62,730 bases of DNA, from assembly GCA_021824045.1 (NCBI GenBank), contig JAKALR010000001.1:1-62730 (forward strand), read 5' to 3'. This document shows, piece by piece, positions 1 to 7,712 of the stretch (position 1 is its first letter; every line of letters starts with the position of its first letter). Under the pieces are notes generated by a model that ran no database searches, was not told the DNA's origin, and was given only the letters and a program-made list of their open reading frames with translations. The stretch is from a bacterium. Lineage in GTDB: Bacteria; Patescibacteriota; Minisyncoccia; UBA6257; GWB1-50-10. The position numbers and the translations under genes are program-made.

Positions 1-1666
1 GGAGACCTTCATTTTTCGCCCGGAAGTTCGTGAGTTCCCTCGTGCGGCAGGCGTTCACGAGGACATCCCCCGCCTTGGCGTTGATTCCCACCACCATGCC
101 TTCATACGCCTCCATGCCCGATTCCACGAAGAGCTTTCCCCTCCCCTGGGCCGCCACGAGGCCGTAGTTGTTGGTTGTTCCCGTTTCGGTATTCACAATC
201 GAACCGTGGTCGTCGTTCTGAAGTTCTCCTTTGTATTCTTCGTATCCCAGAAAAATACTGTTCATGATGCCGGTTCCCTTGGTCGAGGTCAGAAACCGAT
301 TCCGTATGCCGATGAGGCCCCTCGTCGGAATGGCGAAGTCCATGAAGGTCGTTCCGTTGTCAACGCGCATATCTTTCATGATGCCCAGCCGCTTTCCCAG
401 CATTTCAATAATTGTGCCAGCATACGCTTCCGGAACCTCTATCGAAACGAGTTCGATCGGTTCCAATTTTTTACTGTTCTCTTCTTTGAAGATGACCTGG
501 GGTTTCGAAACTTCGATCTCATATCCCTCGCGCCTCATTTTCTCGATGAGGATCGAAAGATGCAGTTCTCCGCGTCCGGCGACCACCCACCGGTCGAATG
601 AATCGGTCGGGGTGACGGAAAGCGCCACATCGGTTTCCAATTCATGCTCCAAGCGCTCCTTGATGTTCCGCGACGTTGTATACGTTCCATCCTGGCCGGC
701 GAAGGGCGATGTGTTCACGCTGAACGTCATCTTGATGGTCGGTTCGTCGATTGTGATTGTGGGAAGCGCTACGGGGTTTTCGGCGTCGGCGATCGTCTCG
801 CCGATTGAAATGTCCGGAATGCCGGCAACGGCCACGATGTCACCGGCTTCCGCCGTATCGACGTCGATCCGCGCGAGTCCGTCGAAAAGCATAACCGCGC
901 TCAATTGTTCTTTCTTCACCTCCCCGCTCCTCGTGATGTGGGCGATAGTCGATCCTTTCTTGAGCGTTCCGGAATAGAGTCGGCCGATGGCTACCTTGCC
1001 CTTGTAATTGTCATAAACGAGATTCACCGTGAGCATTTGGGTCGGCTTTGAAGAGTCGATCGCGGGAGCGGAGATATAGGAAATAACGTTGTCGAAAATG
1101 GGCTCCACGTTCTTCATTTCGCCGAGATCCGGTTTGAGCCCCGCTTTACCCTGGACGGCCGAGGCGTAGATGACGGGGAATTCTATTTGCTCATCCGTCG
1201 CGCCGAGTTCGATGAAAAGATCGTAGGTTGCGTTCAAAACCCACGCTGGCCGGGCGTCGGGCTTATCAATTTTGTTAATGACAAGGATCACCTTATGACC
1301 CGCTTGGATCGCCTTCCGGAGGACGAATTTGGTTTGTGGCATGGGACCCTCCTTGGCGTCCACGAGGAGCAAGACGCCGTCCACCATGCGCATGATGCGT
1401 TCCACTTCTCCGCCGAAGTCGGCATGGCCGGGCGTGTCGACGATGTTAATCTTTACTCCTTTGTAGTGTACGGACGCGTTTTTTGAAAAGATGGTGATCC
1501 CCCGCTCCCGTTCGAGTTCGTTGGAATCCATAATGAGATCCTGCGACGCATCGCCCTTCATTTTGAAGTTTTCGGATTGCCTCAAGAGCGCGTCGACCAG
1601 AGTCGTTTTCCCGTGGTCAACGTGAGCAATGATGGCTATATTTCTAATGTCCTCTCTTTTTTTCAT
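1..1666 (-). CDS. typA: TypA/BipA translational GTPase (C-terminal end cut by window edge)
   Basis: Not in the ORF track because it runs off the window. Manual translation from the ATG (complement of 1664-1666) gives [48 protein letters not shown] and stays open to base 1. Confidence 0.9.
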   Translation of the reverse strand, partial: MKKREDIRNIAIIAHVDHGKTTLVDALLRQSENFKMKGDASQDLIMDSNELERERGITIFSKNASVHYKGVKINIVDTPGHADFGGEVERIMRMVDGVLLLVDAKEGPMPQTKFVLRKAIQAGHKVILVINKIDKPDARPAWVLNATYDLFIELGATDEQIEFPVIYASAVQGKAGLKPDLGEMKNVEPIFDNVISYISAPAIDSSKPTQMLTVNLVYDNYKGKVAIGRLYSGTLKKGSTIAHITRSGEVKKEQLSAVMLFDGLARIDVDTAEAGDIVAVAGIPDISIGETIADAENPVALPTITIDEPTIKMTFSVNTSPFAGQDGTYTTSRNIKERLEHELETDVALSVTPTDSFDRWVVAGRGELHLSILIEKMRREGYEIEVSKPQVIFKEENSKKLEPIELVSIEVPEAYAGTIIEMLGKRLGIMKDMRVDNGTTFMDFAIPTRGLIGIRNRFLTSTKGTGIMNSIFLGYEEYKGELQNDDHGSIVNTETGTTNNYGLVAAQGRGKLFVESGMEAYEGMVVGINAKAGDVLVNACRTRELTNFRAKNEGL

Positions 1667-1739
1667 ATATTTTTGAATTCGCCCGCGTTTTATTTCTTAT
1701 CGGCGACGTAACGCCTTATTGAACCAAAAAAAGCGGCAA

Positions 1740-1768
1740 TTGTCAAAAGATGTCGCATATTGTATGAT
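1740..1768 (+). promoter_or_regulatory. sigma70-like promoter TTGTCA-17-TATGAT ending 6 nt before ATG 1775
   Basis: TTGTCA at 1740-1745, 17-nt spacer, TATGAT at 1763-1768, ATG at 1775. Confidence 0.45.
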
Positions 1769-1774
1769 AAGGGT

Positions 1775-2134
1775 ATGGAAAATATAGAAAAAGGAGGAAA
1801 TATCGCAAAAGTCCTGCAAGAGGTGCCGCCGAATGTCCACGATTTGGCCGACAGCATCATGGTCGATATTCTGGCGAATGAAACTCTGGAAAAGAATATC
1901 GAAACGGGAGCGAACGAAATTCTCATCGGACAGCTCATGGAGGCGGAAATCACTAAGGTAGTGACGAGGTATGAAAATGCAGAGGGGTATGGCAAGGACT
2001 ATGTCGAGGATGCGCTCCTTCCGGAGCTCCGGAACGCCTTGGAGCATTTTGATTTTAGGAGCAGGAATGTCGACGAGGAAAAGGCAAATCGGATACGGCA
2101 AGCGGTGGCATCTTCTTTTGAGAAAAGGTCTTAG
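1775..2134 (+). CDS. hypothetical protein (119 aa from ATG 1775; track ORF begins at TTG 1760)
   Basis: Only sizeable ORF in the typA-uvrC gap and divergent from typA. No family recognised. Confidence 0.4.
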   Translation: MENIEKGGNIAKVLQEVPPNVHDLADSIMVDILANETLEKNIETGANEILIGQLMEAEITKVVTRYENAEGYGKDYVEDALLPELRNALEHFDFRSRNVDEEKANRIRQAVASSFEKRS

Positions 2135-3420
2135 GGGAGAAAATTATATCCCCTGACCTTTTTGTGGTACGCAATGGCGAAGCGATGAGCTTCGTCTCGT
2201 ACTTTTATGAGCGTCGCGAGATCGGTGAATGGCGGAATTCTTCCTATGATATCATTCCGTTTCCGTTCCGGTCCTTTCACGATGCCGACGACCGGGATGG
2301 TAACTCCCGCCTTGTTGAGGATTCCGCGGACGGCGCTCACTTGTCCTCTGCCGCCGTCAATGAGGAAAAGATCGGGTAAAGGCCATCCGCCGGCCGGCGG
2401 AGTTCTTTTGAGGCGCCGTTCGAGAATTTCCCGGAGCATGCCGAAATCGTCCGGTTGAAGAACGGTCTTGATCTTAAATTTCCGATATTCGTTTTTGTCA
2501 GGCTCGTTGTTGGTGAAGACAACCATGGAACCGACCGCCGAAGTGCCGTTGATGTTTGAAATATCATAGCCTTCGATACGGTAATTTTGCTTGTCCGCCA
2601 TAGCCTCGGCGGAGGTGGAAATCTTGTCATCGGAGATGACCGCCACGTCTTGGATGTGCCGGAGGGCGAATAATTGCCGCTTCAGCTCCCCTGCCCACTC
2701 AAAGTCCAAGGCCTTGCTTGCCGACCTCATGTCGCGCTCTATATTCTTTGTTATTCTTTCTTTTTTGCCTTCGAAGATGAGTTTGACGTTCTGTATGTTC
2801 TTCGCATACTCCTCTTTTGAGATCGCTCCGATGCATGTTCCGGGGCAAAGACCGATTTGATAGTCGAAACAAGGCCGTTGTAGGGGCCTTAGCGGAGTCG
2901 GATGAGTTGCATACGGGAATATCCTCCTGATAATCCTCAGGGCTTCGCGGATGCTTGAGGCGGAGGTGAATGGACCGTACCCCGCACCAAGCCGAACGCT
3001 GCGCTCTTCGCGCTCCCGTGCGGGGCGTTTCGTTGGGCGTTTCGTTGGTGACGGGGCGAGTCTTTTGCCTTCTTTAATATCCTTTCCTCTCACCAATAAA
3101 ACCCTGGGATATTTTTCTTTTGTTATGGCGACATAGAGGAAGCTTTTGTCGTCTTTCTCTTTGATGTTGAACGGCGGCTGGTGTTTCTTGATGAGTTTCG
3201 ATTCGAGTATCAGTGCTTCCACGCCCGTATCGGTCTTCTTAAATTCAATTTTACTTATTCCATCCACTAATCCCTCGATCCTTGCGTCGTGAGGTCTCGT
3301 GAAATAGCTCGAGACCCGTCGCTTCAAGTTGACGGCTTTGCCGATATAGAGAATCTTCCCCGCGCCGTCTTTCATGATGTAGACGCCGGGAGTTTCCGGA
3401 AGTTTTGAGTAGAGATTCAT
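2131..3420 (-). CDS. uvrC: excinuclease ABC subunit C, short form (429 aa)
   Basis: GIY-YIG N-terminus (PGVYIMKDGAGKILYIGKAVNLKRRVSSY) and endonuclease core (FLIDGGRGQV..RDEAHRFAIAYHKK). The protein ends right after this core. Confidence 0.85.
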   Translation of the reverse strand: MNLYSKLPETPGVYIMKDGAGKILYIGKAVNLKRRVSSYFTRPHDARIEGLVDGISKIEFKKTDTGVEALILESKLIKKHQPPFNIKEKDDKSFLYVAITKEKYPRVLLVRGKDIKEGKRLAPSPTKRPTKRPAREREERSVRLGAGYGPFTSASSIREALRIIRRIFPYATHPTPLRPLQRPCFDYQIGLCPGTCIGAISKEEYAKNIQNVKLIFEGKKERITKNIERDMRSASKALDFEWAGELKRQLFALRHIQDVAVISDDKISTSAEAMADKQNYRIEGYDISNINGTSAVGSMVVFTNNEPDKNEYRKFKIKTVLQPDDFGMLREILERRLKRTPPAGGWPLPDLFLIDGGRGQVSAVRGILNKAGVTIPVVGIVKGPERKRNDIIGRIPPFTDLATLIKVRDEAHRFAIAYHKKVRGYNFLP

Positions 3421-3456
3421 TACCTATAATTTCTTCTTTTCTCCAATTAAAATCAA

Positions 3457-3600
3457 GCCTGCGGAAATTTGTTTTGAGGAAGCTCTCGGAGGCAAAAAAG
3501 CTTGGTTCCGCCTTTGGCGGATTTTTCGCCGAGAGAGCAGGATGGCTTTTGCCGCTGGAGCAAAAGAACATCCGGTTCCGAGAAATAAGTTTCCGCAGGC
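3457..3600 (-). promoter_or_regulatory. conserved multi-stem intergenic element, copy 1 (candidate structured leader RNA of uvrC)
   Basis: Closing stem GCCTGCGGAAA/TTTCCGCAGGC. Inner stems are GGCAAAAAA/TTTTTCGCC, TCCGCC-TTT-GGCGGA and CTTTTGC-CGCTGGA-GCAAAAG. Homologous to 9737-9881. Confidence 0.6.
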
Positions 3601-3603
3601 GCC

Positions 3604-4464
3604 TCAGTAGTCGTTTCCCGAGATAAAATCGATAAAGCTCTGGAGCGGTTTTTTCACGGGCTTCGGGTGATGCGTCGCTCCCCTGATCTCGCGTATATTG
3701 TTCGCCGTTTCATTCACTCCCACTGCGATGATTTCTTTCGCCGCGCTGAAGTCGTCCCAATGATAGTTCAAGACCGGCGGATGGAGCATGAGGCTGGCCT
3801 CCTTGATCCTTTCTTTGGCTACCTGGTATTCCAGCGCCGAAAAAGCGTCGACGATAGTCGATTTGATGCCGGAGAGAGAGAAACGTTCGTCTTCGATGTC
3901 GGGCCACTTGCTCGAGACGTCGACGCCGATGATATATTCGGCGCCCATTCCTTTTACAATGTCCACGGGAACCGGATTCACGAAACCGCCGTCCATGAGA
4001 AGTTTTCCGTCGATTTCGACGGGTGAGAAAGCGATAGGAAGGGCCGAGCTCGCCTTCACGGCTTTTACGAGGCTGCCTTTGCTGATAACCACCTCATCGC
4101 CGTTCTTAACGTCGGTCGCGATGGCCTTGAATGGTATCTTGGTGTTTTTGATGTCTAATCCGTCGATTTTCTCCGCGAGCATTTTTTCGACGGCTTCTTC
4201 ATCCGTGAAGAGCAAACTCTTTTTTCTCCTCAAATGCTTTCGATGGAAAGAATATTTCTCGGCTATTTCGAGGAATGCCCGTTCTATGAAATCGATGTCC
4301 TCCGTCGCGGCGTAGAGGCCGCCGACAAGGGAACCCATTGAGGTGCCGGCCAGGTAGTCGATTTTAAATCCGGCCTTGAGGAGCGTTTTGATGACCCCGA
4401 TGTGGGCAAGCCCCTTGGCTCCCCCGCCCCCGAGCGCTAATCCTATGGTTTTCGGTTTATTCAT
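3604..4464 (-). CDS. patatin-like phospholipase
   Basis: GLALGGGGAKG oxyanion motif, GTSMGS (GXSXG) nucleophile elbow, downstream DGG. Confidence 0.85.
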   Translation of the reverse strand: MNKPKTIGLALGGGGAKGLAHIGVIKTLLKAGFKIDYLAGTSMGSLVGGLYAATEDIDFIERAFLEIAEKYSFHRKHLRRKKSLLFTDEEAVEKMLAEKIDGLDIKNTKIPFKAIATDVKNGDEVVISKGSLVKAVKASSALPIAFSPVEIDGKLLMDGGFVNPVPVDIVKGMGAEYIIGVDVSSKWPDIEDERFSLSGIKSTIVDAFSALEYQVAKERIKEASLMLHPPVLNYHWDDFSAAKEIIAVGVNETANNIREIRGATHHPKPVKKPLQSFIDFISGNDY

Positions 4465-4513
4465 CTCCTAAATTATAAAATATTAATTTGAAATTAGAAA
4501 TTGTCGAAAATTG

Positions 4514-4547
4514 ATTAAAAATTAAAAATTGGAAATTAAAAATTCAG
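4514..4547. repeat. AT-rich intergenic motif AAAAATTAAAAATTGGAAATTAAAAATTC, copy 1
   Basis: Near-identical strings at 7155-7181, 20387-20418 and 22341-22372, with a partial copy at 31248-31268. Always upstream of a minus-strand gene start. Confidence 0.8.
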
Positions 4548-4560
4548 AAAGTTCTCAAAA

Positions 4561-7086
4561 TTAATCCTTGAGAACTTTCTTGAGGTACTCGCCGGTGAAA
4601 CTCCCGGCTTTTTTGGCGATGATTTCCGGATTTCCCGCGGCGATCAGCCGGCCGCCTTTTTCCCCTCCCTCGGGGCCGAGATCGATTACCCAGTCGGCGG
4701 TTTTCACGACGTCCAGGTTGTGCTCGATGACGACGATGGTATTCCCCCGTTCGACGAGTTTTTGGAGGACCTCGATGAGTTTCTTGACATCGGCGAAGTG
4801 GAGACCGGTTGTCGGCTCGTCCAAAAGGTAAAGCGTGCGTCTCGTGTCGCGCTTGCCGAGTTCGGCGCCAAGTTTGATCCGCTGTGCTTCTCCGCCGGAA
4901 AGGGTTGTTGCCGACTGTCCGAGTTTCAAGTACCCGAGACCGACCTCATTCAGTATTTTCAATTTGTCCTCAATCCAGGGGATGTCGTCGAAGAACTTCG
5001 TCGCTTCCTCGATGGTCATTTCGAGGACTTCGAAAATGTTCTTTTCCTGGTACTCAACTTCCAGCGTTTCCCGGTCGAATCGCTTTCCTTTGCAGATGTC
5101 GCAGGTTACGTAGACCGTCGGCAGGAAGTGCATTTCGATCGCGATGACGCCGTGACCCTCGCAGTTCTCGCATCGCCCGCCGCGGACGTTGAAGCTGAAC
5201 CGCCCCGGCTTGTATCCCCTCACCCGCGCATCGGGCGTCGAAGCGAAGAGATCGCGGATTGGTCCCCAGGCGCCGACATACGTGGCGGGGTTCGATCTGG
5301 GCGTCCGGCCGATCGGCGATTGGTCGATGTTGATGATACGGTTCAAGTATTCGGTTCCGATGATCTCTTTGCATTGTCCCGTCTTGAAATGCGATCCGTT
5401 GAATTTGTTGGACAAGTTCTTGAAAAGGACGTCGTACACAAGCGTGCTTTTGCCTGATCCGGAAACGCCGGTGACGGCCGTGAACCGGCGGAGCGGGATA
5501 TCGACGTCGAGATTCCTCAGGTTGTTTTCCGTGGCGCCTTTTACTTTCAAGAAGTCGTGGGTTTTCGGGACAGCTCTCCGCGTTTTCGGAATCGCGATGA
5601 ATTCTTCGCCCCGGAGGTAATCCAAGGTCAACGATGTTTGCTTCTTGTCGGAAAAGACCTGGGGAATCGGGCCGTGGGCGACAACTTTCCCGCCGTGGAC
5701 GCCGGCGCCCGGGCCGATGTCGACGAGATAGTCCGACTCGCGGATGGTATCTTCATCATGTTCCACGACGATGATGGTGTTCCCGAGATCGCGGAGGTTT
5801 TTGAGCGTCTGGATGAGTTTCGCGTTGTCTTTCTGGTGGAGACCAATCGTCGGCTCGTCGAGAATGTAGAGGGCTCCCACGAGGCGCGATCCGATCTGGG
5901 AAGCCAGGCGGATCCGCTGCGACTCCCCGCCCGAAAGCGTCCCGGCTTTGCGGTCGAGTGTCAGGTATTCGAGTCCGACGTCAATCATAAATTTCAGACG
6001 ATTCTTAATCTCTTTCATCGGCACTTCGGCGATCATGAGGGAACTCTCGTTTTTCTTGAGTTTCGTTTCGAGTTTTGTGAAAAAATCGAACGAGTTCACG
6101 ATTGAAAAAGCGGTGACCTCGGCGATATTCTTGTCATCGATGAGCACATTTAAGCTTTCCGTCTTGAGCCGTTTCCCGAGGCAGGTCGGACATATTTTTT
6201 CCGACCAGGGATTTTCGACGCCGAGGCCGTGGCAGGTTTCGCAGGCGCCGAAGGGGCTGTTGAACGAAAAGAGCCGCGGTTCGATCTCGGGGAAGGAAAA
6301 GCCGTCCACGGGGCAGGTGTATTTGGCGGAAAGGGATACCTCCTTGTCGGTAATGACGGTCACGACGTCGTTGCCGTATTTCAACCCGTTTTCGATGCTC
6401 TCCGCGAGGCGCAGGCGGTTGTCCTTATTCCGGAAATCGAGGGCCGCGGGGATTCGGTCAATCACGAGATCGATCGAGTGCTGCTTATAACGGCTGAGAT
6501 CGATTCGCTCCCTGAGGCTCGCGTATTTGCCGTCGATCCGGACCTCCGAGAATCCGGCGTTCAGGAAGTCGTAGAGCATTTGGTAGTACTCTCCCTTCCT
6601 GCCGCGGACGACGGGTGCCAAGATCACCATATTCCGTTTTTCCTTCGTTTCTTTGTAAATTTGGATTGCGATGTCGACGATCTCTTCCTGTGTCATCTTC
6701 TTGATCTCGCGGCCGCAGAGCGGGCAGTGCGGGACGCCCACGCGCGCGAAGAGAACGCGGAGGTAGTCGTAGATTTCCGTGATGGTGGCGACCGTCGAGC
6801 GCGGATTCGCGCTGTGGTGTTTCTGATCGATGGAGATGGCCGGCGACAATCCTTCGATTTCATCGACGTCCGGCTTGTCGAGGCTGCCCAAAAACTGCCT
6901 GGCATAGGCCGAAAGGGATTCGATGTATCGCCGCTGTCCTTCGGCGAAGATGGTGTCGAAGGCCAACGACGATTTGCCTGACCCGGAAAGTCCCGTCATG
7001 ACGATCATTTTGTCGCGCGGGATTTCGAGGTTGATATTCTTCAAATTGTGCTCGCGGGCACCTTTGATAATTATTTTATCGGTCAT
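4561..7086 (-). CDS. uvrA: excinuclease ABC subunit A (841 aa, insertion domain absent)
   Basis: Two ABC modules ([18 protein letters not shown]; LSGGE signatures) and zinc CxxC pairs. Confidence 0.95.
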   Translation of the reverse strand: MTDKIIIKGAREHNLKNINLEIPRDKMIVMTGLSGSGKSSLAFDTIFAEGQRRYIESLSAYARQFLGSLDKPDVDEIEGLSPAISIDQKHHSANPRSTVATITEIYDYLRVLFARVGVPHCPLCGREIKKMTQEEIVDIAIQIYKETKEKRNMVILAPVVRGRKGEYYQMLYDFLNAGFSEVRIDGKYASLRERIDLSRYKQHSIDLVIDRIPAALDFRNKDNRLRLAESIENGLKYGNDVVTVITDKEVSLSAKYTCPVDGFSFPEIEPRLFSFNSPFGACETCHGLGVENPWSEKICPTCLGKRLKTESLNVLIDDKNIAEVTAFSIVNSFDFFTKLETKLKKNESSLMIAEVPMKEIKNRLKFMIDVGLEYLTLDRKAGTLSGGESQRIRLASQIGSRLVGALYILDEPTIGLHQKDNAKLIQTLKNLRDLGNTIIVVEHDEDTIRESDYLVDIGPGAGVHGGKVVAHGPIPQVFSDKKQTSLTLDYLRGEEFIAIPKTRRAVPKTHDFLKVKGATENNLRNLDVDIPLRRFTAVTGVSGSGKSTLVYDVLFKNLSNKFNGSHFKTGQCKEIIGTEYLNRIINIDQSPIGRTPRSNPATYVGAWGPIRDLFASTPDARVRGYKPGRFSFNVRGGRCENCEGHGVIAIEMHFLPTVYVTCDICKGKRFDRETLEVEYQEKNIFEVLEMTIEEATKFFDDIPWIEDKLKILNEVGLGYLKLGQSATTLSGGEAQRIKLGAELGKRDTRRTLYLLDEPTTGLHFADVKKLIEVLQKLVERGNTIVVIEHNLDVVKTADWVIDLGPEGGEKGGRLIAAGNPEIIAKKAGSFTGEYLKKVLKD

Positions 7087-7154
7087 GGGTTTGAAATTTT
7101 TAATTTTATAAATAATTTTCTCATGTTTAAAACATTAAGAAATTAAAAGGTTTA

Positions 7155-7181
7155 TTTAAAAATTGGAAATTAAAAATTCAG
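7155..7181. repeat. AT-rich intergenic motif, copy 2
   Basis: TTTAAAAATTGGAAATTAAAAATTCAG. The flanking ~70 nt up to the uvrA start also resembles the rsmI upstream region. Confidence 0.8.
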
Positions 7182-7274
7182 TCATTGCGCATACGCGCCA
7201 ATGCCCCTCGGTTCGCTTTCCGGGAGGGTATAAGGCGAGTCTAATATAAAACCTGCCGAAGGTCAAAGTCAGAA

Positions 7275-7607
7275 CTATTTTTTCTTGCTTTGGTCTACGG
7301 TTTTTTCTTTGAATTTTTGAAGATCATCCTTCACCTTGTTTTTAACCATGTCGATGGCGGTCCGGAGGTTGATGTTCTCATTCTCGGCGAAGAGCTTTTT
7401 CCCGGGCAGCTCCAGGTCTACGGAAGCATGGAACACGTCCCCGTGCTTGTGGTGCTTGGTGGAGCGCCCCACTTCAACGAAAGCGATCACCTCCCCCTTT
7501 GTCTCGAATCGCTTGATAATCCTCCCGAGAGGCGTCAGTTTCATTTCGATATAGGTTTTAATCGACGGCGTCAAATCGAGTCCCGTGCTTTCGATGGTTA
7601 TTTTCAT
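7275..7607 (-). CDS. hpf: ribosome hibernation promoting factor (HPF/RaiA family)
   Basis: MKITIESTGLDLTPSIKTYIEMKL.. has typical short-HPF length and layout. Confidence 0.85.
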   Translation of the reverse strand: MKITIESTGLDLTPSIKTYIEMKLTPLGRIIKRFETKGEVIAFVEVGRSTKHHKHGDVFHASVDLELPGKKLFAENENINLRTAIDMVKNKVKDDLQKFKEKTVDQSKKK

Positions 7608-7610
7608 GAA

Positions 7611-7712
7611 GTAATTATACGGTAATACGGTAGTAATTTGTAGTAATATGATTGTAATACATGGTACTACGAATTACGCGAAGCAAATTACTACGTATTT
7701 CCACTGTATTAC
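7611..7712. repeat. phased GTAAT-box array (5 direct copies, then 3 inverted ATTAC)
   Basis: GTAAT at 7611, 7622, 7633, 7643 and 7654; ATTAC at 7673, 7687 and 7708. A TATAAT at 7614-7619 (minus) lies 6 nt from the hpf ATG. Confidence 0.7.

Noticed and set aside
4465-4560. AT-rich repeated motifs considered as a possible CRISPR array or tandem satellite
   Set aside because: Copies are single and kilobases apart. There is no repeat-spacer periodicity, no leader and no cas genes in the window.
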